Source of the DNA: Candidatus Heimdallarchaeota archaeon
GTDB taxonomy: Archaea > Asgardarchaeota > Heimdallarchaeia > JABLTI01
DNA: 64,000 nt
Assembly (NCBI GenBank): GCA_019058275.1
Contig: JAHLVW010000050.1
Coordinates: 1-64,000 of the forward strand
Direction of reading: 5' to 3'
In this document: positions 40,776 to 50,192 of the stretch, piece after piece
Position numbering within the stretch: the first letter of the stretch is position 1
How the letters are laid out: each line of letters opens with the position of its first letter
Notes under the pieces: model-generated
What the model was told of the DNA's origin: nothing
What the model saw: only the letters and a program-made list of their open reading frames with translations
Database searches by the model: none
Program-made: the position numbers and the translations under genes

Positions 40776-42296
40776 TTAGAATCCATAAATTTTAGAATAT
40801 TTTTCACTGGCTCTTTCAATGAAGTATCTAGCTGAGAATTCTTTTCCGGTTACATTCTTAACTAAATCTAATGGATCAAATAAATTGCCTTTGTTTCTTA
40901 TGTTAGTATTAAGCCAGTTAAGAATATTAGAAAGGTCAAATTCTCTCATTTGATTTCGCCATTCAGGAATTTCTTTACCTAGCTGTGTCAAGAATTGAGC
41001 ATTGTAATAACTTCCTAGTGCATAGGTTGGGAAGTAACCAAACAAACCCCATGCATAATGGGTATCTTGTAATATACCTTCTGCATCATTTTCAATGTCC
41101 ATTGACAAATATTCTTTCATCTTTTCATTCCAGTAAATTGGTAATTCGTCAACTGTTAGTTTGTCTGTGAAGAGTTCCTTCTCTAATTCATATCTTAGGA
41201 TAATATGAAGAGAATAGGTTACTGGGTCTGCATGTATTCTAATCTTTGACTGAGTTACTTTATTTATTGCATGAACAAAAGGTTCCAATTCAACATCTTC
41301 AAAAATACTACCAGTTTGTTTCTTGAACTGTGGAAGGTAATATTCCCAAAATTCTGGACTTCTTCCAATGATATTTTCGATAAATCGTGCTTGACCTTCG
41401 TGCATTGCTGAAGAACAAGCTGAACCAATTGGTTGATACTTGTAGTTTCGGGGATAATTCTTACTGTAAAGAGCATGACCTGCTTCATGCAAACCTGCAA
41501 AGAATGCATTTGTGAAATCTTCTGGATAATATTTGACTGTTATTCTTGCATCATCATAACTGCCAGAGGAGAATGGATGAACTGCTTCATCAAGTCTACC
41601 TCCCTCGAGATCATACTGAACAGTTTTTGCTAAGTCAAGAATAACGTTTCTTTGAATTTCAACTGGGCATTCACGATAAATGAGAGAATCATCTGGTTGA
41701 TTAGGAGAACCAATACAAGCTTGAATGATTGGAATTAGACCTGTTTTTACTTCTTGAAAGATCCTATCATAGACTTCCTTAGTAAAACCTTTCTCATAAT
41801 CATCTAACAAAACATTAAAAGGATCCATATTGGGATTCAAATAGTAGGCTTGCTTTTTCTTTAATTCAATCATCTGTTCTAATTCTTTTTTAAAGATGGA
41901 ATAATCAGCTTTTGATTTTGCTTCTTTCCATTTTTGTGTAGCAATTGCTCCAAGTTTTGAAAGCTTTATAGCAAATTCTTGTGGAATCTTGGTTGCCTTG
42001 TCATAATCTCTTTGCATTAACTCTATGTTTCTTTTTTCAGCATCCACTAATTTATCATAATCTTTATGAGATTTGATTTCTTTCAAAAACGATCCGATTT
42101 TTGGACTAGTATTACGTTCGTGAATAATCCCGCTAAGAAAAGCTAATTCTTCAGTTCGTTGTTGAATGCCTTTTTTAGGCATAAAAACTTCATAATCATA
42201 ATGAACAATACCACTAACACTCCCAAGAAGAGTGTTTTCCTTATGTATAGTCATTAATTTTTCATAAAGGTCAACTTTTCGAATAATCTTTGTCAT
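40776..42296 (-). CDS. Thermostable carboxypeptidase, M32 family (tandem paralogue)
   Basis: HPF, DARIT, HEAGH, HEGQ, GILQDTHY, GYFPTY. Confidence 0.95.
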   Translation of the reverse strand: MTKIIRKVDLYEKLMTIHKENTLLGSVSGIVHYDYEVFMPKKGIQQRTEELAFLSGIIHERNTSPKIGSFLKEIKSHKDYDKLVDAEKRNIELMQRDYDKATKIPQEFAIKLSKLGAIATQKWKEAKSKADYSIFKKELEQMIELKKKQAYYLNPNMDPFNVLLDDYEKGFTKEVYDRIFQEVKTGLIPIIQACIGSPNQPDDSLIYRECPVEIQRNVILDLAKTVQYDLEGGRLDEAVHPFSSGSYDDARITVKYYPEDFTNAFFAGLHEAGHALYSKNYPRNYKYQPIGSACSSAMHEGQARFIENIIGRSPEFWEYYLPQFKKQTGSIFEDVELEPFVHAINKVTQSKIRIHADPVTYSLHIILRYELEKELFTDKLTVDELPIYWNEKMKEYLSMDIENDAEGILQDTHYAWGLFGYFPTYALGSYYNAQFLTQLGKEIPEWRNQMREFDLSNILNWLNTNIRNKGNLFDPLDLVKNVTGKEFSARYFIERASEKYSKIYGF

Positions 42297-42422
42297 AATA
42301 AAAACTCACTAAACGATTAAAACGAATTACTGTTTTAAGTATTTTATTGAAACTGAAAGAAACCAAAAGGAATTTAATTAATAGAAAGAAAGTCAATCTA
42401 CTAATGAGTGTGAGAAATAACC

Positions 42423-42791
42423 TTGAGTCCAGAAGCAGAAGAAGCACCAACAGATCACATGAAAGTAAGTAGAGCTGTGAAAAAGGGTATTCTTGAAGTC
42501 TTTGTCGAGAGAAATGCATACGATGAAGAAACAGCTATTAGTGAAGATGATCTTGATTTATTTGGACAAAAGAGATTTGCATTAGATGATCTTATCAAAG
42601 ACGCAAAAATTATCGAAATACTGAGTGGAAGCAAGAAGTTTTACCACATAAATGAAGCATTCAAACCTGTGAAGGATTATAGAAAAGCGGTAGTTAGGGG
42701 ATTGAGTATTCCTATGCTTATTTTCTTTTTAGCACTCCTTTTAGCTGGATTTATTATGATTGTTTGGCAAATAGTCATTCGTTTAACGTGA
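42423..42791 (+). CDS. Hypothetical protein with a C-terminal TM helix
   Basis: 122 aa with a hydrophobic C-terminus. Confidence 0.6.
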   Translation: MSPEAEEAPTDHMKVSRAVKKGILEVFVERNAYDEETAISEDDLDLFGQKRFALDDLIKDAKIIEILSGSKKFYHINEAFKPVKDYRKAVVRGLSIPMLIFFLALLLAGFIMIVWQIVIRLT

Positions 42792-42877
42792 AGCTGATTT
42801 TAAAATATTGAGTAAGATAAACTACTAATCAAACGAAAGATTCAAAAAGAAAAATGAAACGAAGAAATAACAGAGCT

Positions 42878-42954
42878 GGGCGGGTGATCTAGCTCGGTAT
42901 GATGCCTGCCTTACTAGCAGGATGTCGCCGGTTCAAATCCGGCCTCGCCCACCA
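42878..42954 (+). tRNA. tRNA-Val(TAC), intronless, CCA encoded
   Basis: Acceptor GGGCGGG/CTCGCCC, anticodon stem CCTGC/GCAGG with loop CTTACTA, T-arm GCCGG-TTCAAAT-CCGGC, 3' ACCA. Confidence 0.93.
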
Positions 42955-42960
42955 TCTTTT

Positions 42961-43434
42961 CTACCAAGCTATAAAAAATCGGTATTTTATTCTGATGTCT
43001 CCTCCAAACTTATTATACCTCAAGTTGTCTGACCAAATAAATGATGATCCATTGCTTTTTACTTGTATTATTTCAATTTCTGATTTTACTCCTTTTGCCA
43101 TTTTAAGATAAATGTTAAAACCATCTTGTAATATTTCAAATGAATCTTGTATTTCTTTAGTTATAGTAATATTTCTTGTATAATTATAATACAATCTTTC
43201 CTCTATTTTTATAGGATAATTTGTAAAAGATCTCCTATTCATTATCGATATTTTTAATGTATAACTACCTTCCTGTAATTGATCAATACATTCTATATCG
43301 TCAATCTGCAATATTATTATTTCATTTAAGATGCTTTTTCTTCTAAATTTCAATGGAAAGAAAATAATTGAAAAAACAACTAAAAGTATGAACATACTTG
43401 AGAATATTATATTCACTTTCTGTGTTTGTTTCAT
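42961..43434 (-). CDS. Very AT-rich hypothetical membrane-anchored protein
   Basis: N-terminal TM helix; GGGGG SD-like run upstream; ends 6 nt from the tRNA 3' end. Confidence 0.55.
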   Translation of the reverse strand: MKQTQKVNIIFSSMFILLVVFSIIFFPLKFRRKSILNEIIILQIDDIECIDQLQEGSYTLKISIMNRRSFTNYPIKIEERLYYNYTRNITITKEIQDSFEILQDGFNIYLKMAKGVKSEIEIIQVKSNGSSFIWSDNLRYNKFGGDIRIKYRFFIAW

Positions 43435-43601
43435 TTCCCTGATACCCCCATTTGTATTAAATGATATTCTCTTAATTAAATATTCTCAATAACTATTCAA
43501 TCAATTTTTAATCATTAATTTTCATTGAATTCTTTGCTATATCCAAATCCTTTTTTATAACATGGTTTCCAATAACGAGTATAATTCTTGGAGATAGTCT
43601 T

Positions 43602-44957
43602 ACGAACAAAGAAGATTTACAACCAGTTAGTGATGAGTCTTCCACTCAAAATGAGACTTCAGAATCTGGCTTAAATGGAAACAAAAAAGGACTTCTTTGG
43701 TTCATCTCAATTTTCAGTCTATCAGCTCAGAGCTTCTTTATGCAGTTCTTCTCAGTTTTTGCTCGAGAAGTTGGTGTCACTGCTAAGGTTTTAGGATTTA
43801 TTATGTCTATCAGAAATTTACTTTCTGGTCTTTTTCAAGGAACCATTGGTCGTTTATCTGACAGAATAGGTAGAAAATATATCCTTATTGTTGGATTTAT
43901 CCTAAGTTTCGTAATTCCTATACCCCTAATGTTCTACCATAATCCATACTTCTTGATTTTTGTTGCTGTTATTCAAGCTTTCTCTGTAAGTATAATTATA
44001 CCTACTTGGAATGCTGTTTTGGGAGATGTTACTGAACCAAGTTCTAGGGCTACCTTTATAGGAAAAATAACATCAGTAGGTAGAATTTTCTCGGTTGCTA
44101 TCTCTCTTACTGTCGCAGGTGTTTTTGCCTTAATTGAAAATAGGTTTAATGATTCTATTACAATAGGTGGTAATATTATAGAAATTACTTGGGAGATTGA
44201 ATATGGTTTTGCTTTCGGAGTAGCAGCTTTTAACGCACTTCTTTGTTTGATTAGTATGTTTTTCTTAAAAGAAACTCGAGTTGTTTCAGAAGAAAAAAGA
44301 AATCACATTCCAAAAATGTGGGTTGCTCTAAAAGACAAGAGCTTTGTTAAATTCTTAATTGTTAACTCCTTTTTCGGAATTACCATGTCATTAATTTGGC
44401 CTGTTAATCCAATTATTCTCTCAGATTTCTTTGGCCTTGATTTTCCTCAAGTAGCTGTTATGACTTCAGCATTTGCTATTTTTATTGGCATAACAACCAT
44501 CTTTGGAGGAAAGATTTGTGATAGGATCGGAAGAAAACCATTAATTGTAATAGCTAATTTCATACTTGTTTTCTTCCCTGTAAGCATGATTCCAGCAATT
44601 ATAACTGGGAATTGGTTGGTACTTCTTCTTTCCCGATTTGTGGGTGGCGTTGGAACTGGTCTAAGTTTAGTAGCCATTAATGCTTATACTTTAGATATAG
44701 CTCCTAGTGACCTGATGGGTGCTTATTCCGGTATTAGAGAGATGTTTTATGGAGTTACTACATTTATTGGTTCTTTTGCTTCTGGTTTCATAATTGATGC
44801 ATTGGATCTTGTATATGACATCAGAATTGTTGTCATAGCTATGTCTATTGGAGTAACCTCTTTACGAATAATTGCTGCTACTGGTTTCATTTTCATTGAT
44901 AAAATAATTCCTAATAGCAATGGTTTGACCAAAGACATGCATGCGAAATCACGATAA
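43602..44957 (+). CDS. MFS transporter (coding frame extends upstream of track start 43740)
   Basis: GRLSDRIGRK and GKICDRIGRK motif A; first TM helix (LLWFISIFSLSAQSFF) lies upstream of ATG 43740. Confidence 0.85.
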   Translation, partial: TNKEDLQPVSDESSTQNETSESGLNGNKKGLLWFISIFSLSAQSFFMQFFSVFAREVGVTAKVLGFIMSIRNLLSGLFQGTIGRLSDRIGRKYILIVGFILSFVIPIPLMFYHNPYFLIFVAVIQAFSVSIIIPTWNAVLGDVTEPSSRATFIGKITSVGRIFSVAISLTVAGVFALIENRFNDSITIGGNIIEITWEIEYGFAFGVAAFNALLCLISMFFLKETRVVSEEKRNHIPKMWVALKDKSFVKFLIVNSFFGITMSLIWPVNPIILSDFFGLDFPQVAVMTSAFAIFIGITTIFGGKICDRIGRKPLIVIANFILVFFPVSMIPAIITGNWLVLLLSRFVGGVGTGLSLVAINAYTLDIAPSDLMGAYSGIREMFYGVTTFIGSFASGFIIDALDLVYDIRIVVIAMSIGVTSLRIIAATGFIFIDKIIPNSNGLTKDMHAKSR

Positions 44958-45026
44958 GCATAATTCTTTTTTAGGGCAGTAGTAATAGAAAGTTAGGTTA
45001 AATACTGGGAGCGTTCCTCTACTAAA

Positions 45027-46334
45027 TTGACTATAGAAAACAACGAACATGAAAAGAAGATGACATTTACTGATGATGATGCATCACTTTCATCTGAGGA
45101 TGAAGAAAAAATCAAACAATCTCAGATGAAACTTTTCTGGTTAATTTCAATCGGTAACAATAGTTCTCAATTGATCATACTTAATTTCTTTCAATATTTT
45201 GCTGCTAGTATTGTTACACAAGGAATACTTGGGTATGTTACTGCAATTCGTAATTTACTTATTGCTCTATTTCAAGAAACATTTGGTCGGTTAAGTGATA
45301 AAAAAGGCAGGAAGTTATTACTTATCATTGGTTTCTTTCTTAATTTTGTTGCAACAACTCTATTAGCTTTTTCTTATAGTCAAACTATGCTCATCATTGT
45401 TGCCACTATTCACGCATTCTCTTTTAGTATCAGTATCCCTGTTTGGAATGGAGCTTTAGGAGATGTTACTGATATTAAAGGTCGGACAACATTCATTGGC
45501 AAACTAGCTGCTGTTGGTCAAGGAGTTGGTGTTGGCTTAATGATAATTTTAGCTGGAACCTTCTATATTCTCGAGCGCTTTTACGATAAAACATTCGATT
45601 GGAAAGTGGAATATGGAATCATTTTCGCTGTAAGTGCAGCTTTACTATTAATAAGTGCTATTAGTGTACTTTTCTTTAATGAAACTAGAAAGGTAGACGA
45701 AGACAGTGAGTATCCAAAATTACTTAATGCATTCAAAAATAAACCTTTTAGAAATTTCATACTAGTAAACAGTGTCTTTGGTATAAGTATGGCAGTACTT
45801 TGGCCAATATACCCAGTAATTCAAGTAATTACACTTGATATGACTATTAATGAATTGATAATAGTGTCAGTAATATATGCTGGTTTCTTCAGCATTTCAA
45901 GCTACTTTGGAGGAAAAATTGGGGATAGGTTCGGACGTAAACCAATATTATTTACAACTAGATTCATTTTGTTAACAGTATCTCTTTTTTATATTCCAGC
46001 AGTAATTTTTGATTCTTGGTATTTTGTAATACTAACAAATATTATTAGTGGCATCTGTAATGGTGCATTTTTCGTTACTATGAATGCTTATGCATTAGAT
46101 CTTGCTTCAGATGATACAAAAGGTAGCTATTCAGGATTGGTTCAGGTTTCATGGGGTATCTCTACGTTTATTGGTTCACTTGCTGCAGGATTTATTGCAG
46201 AAGCAATTACTAAAACATATAATGAGTACACAATGATTTTAGCAACTACAATAGCTATTGCAATAATGAGAGCTATTGCAGCTTTGGGTTATTTGTTTGT
46301 AAAAGAAAGCTTGCCAAAAGAAAATCGCTCTTAA
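45027..46334 (+). CDS. MFS transporter (paralogue)
   Basis: GRLSDKKGRK, PVWNGALGDVT, GKIGDRFGRK. Confidence 0.92.
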   Translation: MTIENNEHEKKMTFTDDDASLSSEDEEKIKQSQMKLFWLISIGNNSSQLIILNFFQYFAASIVTQGILGYVTAIRNLLIALFQETFGRLSDKKGRKLLLIIGFFLNFVATTLLAFSYSQTMLIIVATIHAFSFSISIPVWNGALGDVTDIKGRTTFIGKLAAVGQGVGVGLMIILAGTFYILERFYDKTFDWKVEYGIIFAVSAALLLISAISVLFFNETRKVDEDSEYPKLLNAFKNKPFRNFILVNSVFGISMAVLWPIYPVIQVITLDMTINELIIVSVIYAGFFSISSYFGGKIGDRFGRKPILFTTRFILLTVSLFYIPAVIFDSWYFVILTNIISGICNGAFFVTMNAYALDLASDDTKGSYSGLVQVSWGISTFIGSLAAGFIAEAITKTYNEYTMILATTIAIAIMRAIAALGYLFVKESLPKENRS

Positions 46335-46342
46335 AATGGTCC

Positions 46343-46358
46343 GTACCAATATCGGTAC
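46343..46358. promoter_or_regulatory. Imperfect 16-bp palindrome between MFS paralogues
   Basis: GTACCAATATCGGTAC (14/16 dyad symmetry) in AT-rich intergenic DNA. Confidence 0.3.
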
Positions 46359-46374
46359 AATTGTTTAAATTCTA

Positions 46375-47808
46375 TTGAATTTGCTAACAAACATCACATT
46401 TCAAATATATCTACTTGGATTTGAAAATAGTTTGGATAATGATAAAACAATTGATGCAACTGATCTTTACGATAAAGTTATAGTTGAAACTAAAGAAGAG
46501 CAAATATATGATGATATAGAGGAAATCGATACAAAAGGAAACAAGAAATCTACTTTCTGGTTAATTTCGGTTTTTAGTGCAACAGGGCAATTTTTCTTTG
46601 GTAATTTCTTCTCAGCTTTTGCAGCAGAAGCAGGAGTTTCTGGTGGATTAATGGGTTTTATGACCTCAATTCGCAATCTTCTAAGCTCAATTTTACAAGG
46701 AAATATCGGATTTCTCAGTGATAAAATTGGTCGTAAACTCATAATGTTAATTGGTATGATACTTAATTTTGCTATTACTATTCCTTTGCTTTTTTTTGAA
46801 AACATAGGTCTCCTTATAGCTGTAGCTATAATTCAAGCTTTTTCGTTAAGCATATTTATCCCTGCTTGGAATGCTGTATTAGGAGATGTAACAAAACCTG
46901 CGTTTCGAGCAACGTTTATTGGTAGAATTGCTTCTATTGGCAGGTTAGTTTCTGTTTCATTTTCAATAATAATTGCAATTATTTTCTATTTAGCTGATGT
47001 GGTATATTATGGTCAAGAGATTCTTGGATGGACAGTAAACATTCCTTGGAGAATACAATATAGTATTGCATTTGGTATTGCAGCTTTTAACTCGATAATT
47101 TGTACTATTCTGATTTTTACAATGAAGGAAACAAGGATAGAAGACAAAGAAGTGAAAAAACCAGAAATGCGAGTGGCTTTTAAAGATAGAAGCTTCATGA
47201 AATTTGTTATTTTTTACTCATTATTCGGTTTGAGTATGTCTTTCATGTGGCCATTAAATCCAATTATCCAAGTTAACGTTTTAAATATGGAATTCTATCA
47301 AATTGCGGTAATTACATCTGTGTTCACTATGGTTATGAGTATTACACAGTTATTTGCTGGTCGTTTAGGAGATAGAATTGGTAGAAGACCAGTATTTATT
47401 GTTGGAGGATTTATTCTAGTTCTCTATCCCATTAGTCAACTACCTGCTATCATTACTGGTAATTGGTTGTGGCAAATACTTGGCAACACAATAGCAGGTT
47501 TAGGAACAGGAACATTTTTTGTTGCATTAGGAGCCCTAACTCTCGATTTAGCGCCTGAAGATCTTATGGGTGCTTATTCAGGCATTAGAGAAATGTTCTT
47601 TGGGATTGCTACTTTCATTGGTTCATTATCCGCAGGATTTCTCGTAGATTTCTTGGCTAAGCATTTTGGACTTGATAATACTACAATTTACATGTGTATT
47701 GGAATCTCAATTTTGAGAGTTCTTGCAGCTATAGGCTTCTTCTTTGTTGCAGAAAGTTTGCCAAAGGAAAAACGAGTTAACAATCATAGAACGAAAATAG
47801 GCAAATAA
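46375..47808 (+). CDS. MFS transporter (paralogue)
   Basis: GFLSDKIGRK, PAWNAVLGDVT, GRLGDRIGRR. Confidence 0.92.
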   Translation: MNLLTNITFQIYLLGFENSLDNDKTIDATDLYDKVIVETKEEQIYDDIEEIDTKGNKKSTFWLISVFSATGQFFFGNFFSAFAAEAGVSGGLMGFMTSIRNLLSSILQGNIGFLSDKIGRKLIMLIGMILNFAITIPLLFFENIGLLIAVAIIQAFSLSIFIPAWNAVLGDVTKPAFRATFIGRIASIGRLVSVSFSIIIAIIFYLADVVYYGQEILGWTVNIPWRIQYSIAFGIAAFNSIICTILIFTMKETRIEDKEVKKPEMRVAFKDRSFMKFVIFYSLFGLSMSFMWPLNPIIQVNVLNMEFYQIAVITSVFTMVMSITQLFAGRLGDRIGRRPVFIVGGFILVLYPISQLPAIITGNWLWQILGNTIAGLGTGTFFVALGALTLDLAPEDLMGAYSGIREMFFGIATFIGSLSAGFLVDFLAKHFGLDNTTIYMCIGISILRVLAAIGFFFVAESLPKEKRVNNHRTKIGK

Positions 47809-47814
47809 TTTCAG

Positions 47815-49242
47815 TTACTTTGTTTGTGATTGGTCATCTGTGCAAGAATAAACTACAGTAGATTCGTCTTTCGTTTCTTGAAGAATTTCTAACCTACGTT
47901 CCTTAGTTAAACTTTCATCCATAAAGAAAAATCCCATTGATGCAAGGAATCTAATCACAGCAATAATACTAAATAAAATTATTACCATTTTTATGGTGCC
48001 TACATTTGTTTCCACTTTAGCAGCTATGAATCCAAAACTTAGTGATCCAATGAAAGTCATTACTCCCCAACCTAGCTGATTTAATCCTGAATATGCGCCC
48101 ATTTGATCACTAGGGGCAATATCCAAAAGGTATGCATTATGTGCAACAGTTACTGCTCCCATTGCTGTTCCCCCAATAATATTTGAAAGTAGGAGCATTC
48201 TCCAGTCTCCCATAAATACTGAACTAATCATTACAATTGGAATAGTGAACATTGATACTCTGCCAAAGATGATTAGTGGTTTTCTACCTATCCTATCACC
48301 AAGTCTACCACCTAAGAATTGAGCTAAACTTGAACAAATAGTAAAAGTAGCATTTATTATTGCGATTTCAAAGAAGTCCATTTCAAGAATTTTAATTTGA
48401 GCAATTGGAAATATTGGCCACATTGTAGACATAATGAGTCCAAAAATTGAATTTATAATGAAATATTTTGTAAAGGTTTTATCTTTAAGAGCTACCCACA
48501 TTTTTGGTTGAACTTTTTTTCCTTGATTTGCTCTTGTTTCTTTTAGAAAGAAAACACCTACAATGCACAATAGAAAATTAAAGCCTGCTACCAAGAAAGC
48601 AACTCCATACTGCATTTCCCATTCAGTAAAAACCAAATTGCCTATGCTAAAACCCCAATCAACTTTATCTTTAGTAACTTCGAAGATTGTTGCTAATATT
48701 AACATAGAACTAACTGAAACAGCTGTTCCTAAAGCAGATAATTTACCCATATAGCCAGCTCTTTCTCGTATTTTTGTAACATCACCTAAAGTAGCATTCC
48801 AAACTGGTATTATTAAACTTAAAGAGAACGCTTGAATGACAGATACAATGATAAGCATGTATGGTTGATGAAGAAATACAAGAACAATCATAGTCGAAAA
48901 TCCTAGGAAAAATCCCACTAACAGGATATATCTTCGACCGATTTTGTCTGATAATCGACCTATAGTCCCTTGAAATATAGAGCTCATTAAATTCCTGATA
49001 GAAGTCATAAAACCTAATGCTTCAGTTTGAATTCCAGCTTGAACTGCGAAAGCTGAAAAGAAATTAAATAGAAAAGATTGTCCCGTAGCATTGCCAATAG
49101 AAATTAATCGAAATAGATTTGTTCTTACTTTAGCATCCTGAGCTTCCTTTTCTGTTTCATCACAAAGAATTTCTTCTTTACAACTTAAAGAACCTTGTGA
49201 ATCTTCATCAAAATCCTCTTCAAAGGGTAACTCTTCTTTCAT
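47815..49242 (-). CDS. MFS transporter (paralogue, convergent)
   Basis: GRLSDKIGRR, PVWNATLGDVT, GRLGDRIGRK. Confidence 0.92.
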   Translation of the reverse strand: MKEELPFEEDFDEDSQGSLSCKEEILCDETEKEAQDAKVRTNLFRLISIGNATGQSFLFNFFSAFAVQAGIQTEALGFMTSIRNLMSSIFQGTIGRLSDKIGRRYILLVGFFLGFSTMIVLVFLHQPYMLIIVSVIQAFSLSLIIPVWNATLGDVTKIRERAGYMGKLSALGTAVSVSSMLILATIFEVTKDKVDWGFSIGNLVFTEWEMQYGVAFLVAGFNFLLCIVGVFFLKETRANQGKKVQPKMWVALKDKTFTKYFIINSIFGLIMSTMWPIFPIAQIKILEMDFFEIAIINATFTICSSLAQFLGGRLGDRIGRKPLIIFGRVSMFTIPIVMISSVFMGDWRMLLLSNIIGGTAMGAVTVAHNAYLLDIAPSDQMGAYSGLNQLGWGVMTFIGSLSFGFIAAKVETNVGTIKMVIILFSIIAVIRFLASMGFFFMDESLTKERRLEILQETKDESTVVYSCTDDQSQTK

Positions 49243-49456
49243 TTAAAACAGCTCTAAAGTTAAAACAATTTTTTAAACGTTCAATTGAATTTAAACATTT
49301 GTAAAGTTGTTAGAATTTCGAGAAAATAGAAAAGCAAAGGTTCAATTCTATAGACGAATTTTCCCCGACAAATATGTTTATAGTTATAAATGATTTGAGT
49401 TCTTGCAAAAACATCTGTGATGATTGGAATGATAGGTATATTAGCCTGATGGTTGG

Positions 49457-49768
49457 GTGCTTAAACCCGATGATACTTTAACCTTTTCAATGGAAGCAGT
49501 AATTTTTCTTGGTTTTATAATCAAAAGCATTTTTCTCTTTTTACTTCACAATAAATTTCCACAACTTACAAGAAATGGTTGGATTGAATTGGTAATTGGG
49601 GCACCATGTATTGCTCTTAAAGGTCTCTTTGATGGACTAGATACTATTGCACCTGATGGATTATCACATGATATATTTGATAGTAGGGAAGCAACATTCA
49701 TGTTTATTGGTTTAATACTACTTGGTGTAGGTTTACTCCGCATAGCGTTATATAGCGCAAAAGTTTGA
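49457..49768 (+). CDS. Small multi-pass membrane protein
   Basis: Three hydrophobic helices; DGLD in a central helix. Confidence 0.6.
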   Translation: MLKPDDTLTFSMEAVIFLGFIIKSIFLFLLHNKFPQLTRNGWIELVIGAPCIALKGLFDGLDTIAPDGLSHDIFDSREATFMFIGLILLGVGLLRIALYSAKV

Positions 49769-50178
49769 GAGGTACACTAGAAATGCCAACAATAGCAGCA
49801 TTTATTGATCATTGGATTACAGAATTTAATCTTTCAGATGTTAGAGATATAATACTCGAATCTTTAGCAATTGTTGCGTTTCTATTCTTGCTAGTTGTTA
49901 TTATTATTGCTATGACAAAAGCTCCAATGCTTATAGGCCATGGTTCAATAGAGATGTTTATCTTTGTGATTCTTGATTTAGCACATGCAGGAATGAATCT
50001 ATTTGATGAATTTGCTTGGATTACAAATTATGATCTCTGGAAGTCATTGAAAGATATTTTCTTATTAGCTGGTGCAGTAGTCTTAGTTATAGGATTCTTC
50101 AGATTCTTTTTGTTTTCCGCAAGATTATTTGGAGAAGATATTAAGAAACCAATCTCTGAAGAAGTCGTTGAATATTAA
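49765..50178 (+). CDS. Small multi-pass membrane protein (likely start ATG 49783)
   Basis: Three hydrophobic helices; NLFDE in a central helix; similar layout to the preceding gene. Confidence 0.65.
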   Translation: MRGTLEMPTIAAFIDHWITEFNLSDVRDIILESLAIVAFLFLLVVIIIAMTKAPMLIGHGSIEMFIFVILDLAHAGMNLFDEFAWITNYDLWKSLKDIFLLAGAVVLVIGFFRFFLFSARLFGEDIKKPISEEVVEY

Positions 50179-50192
50179 GTGTTAAAAGGCAG

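Noticed and set aside
42899-43111. 70-aa ORF on the + strand
   Set aside because: It overlaps the tRNA-Val gene and the antisense of 42961..43434; spurious.
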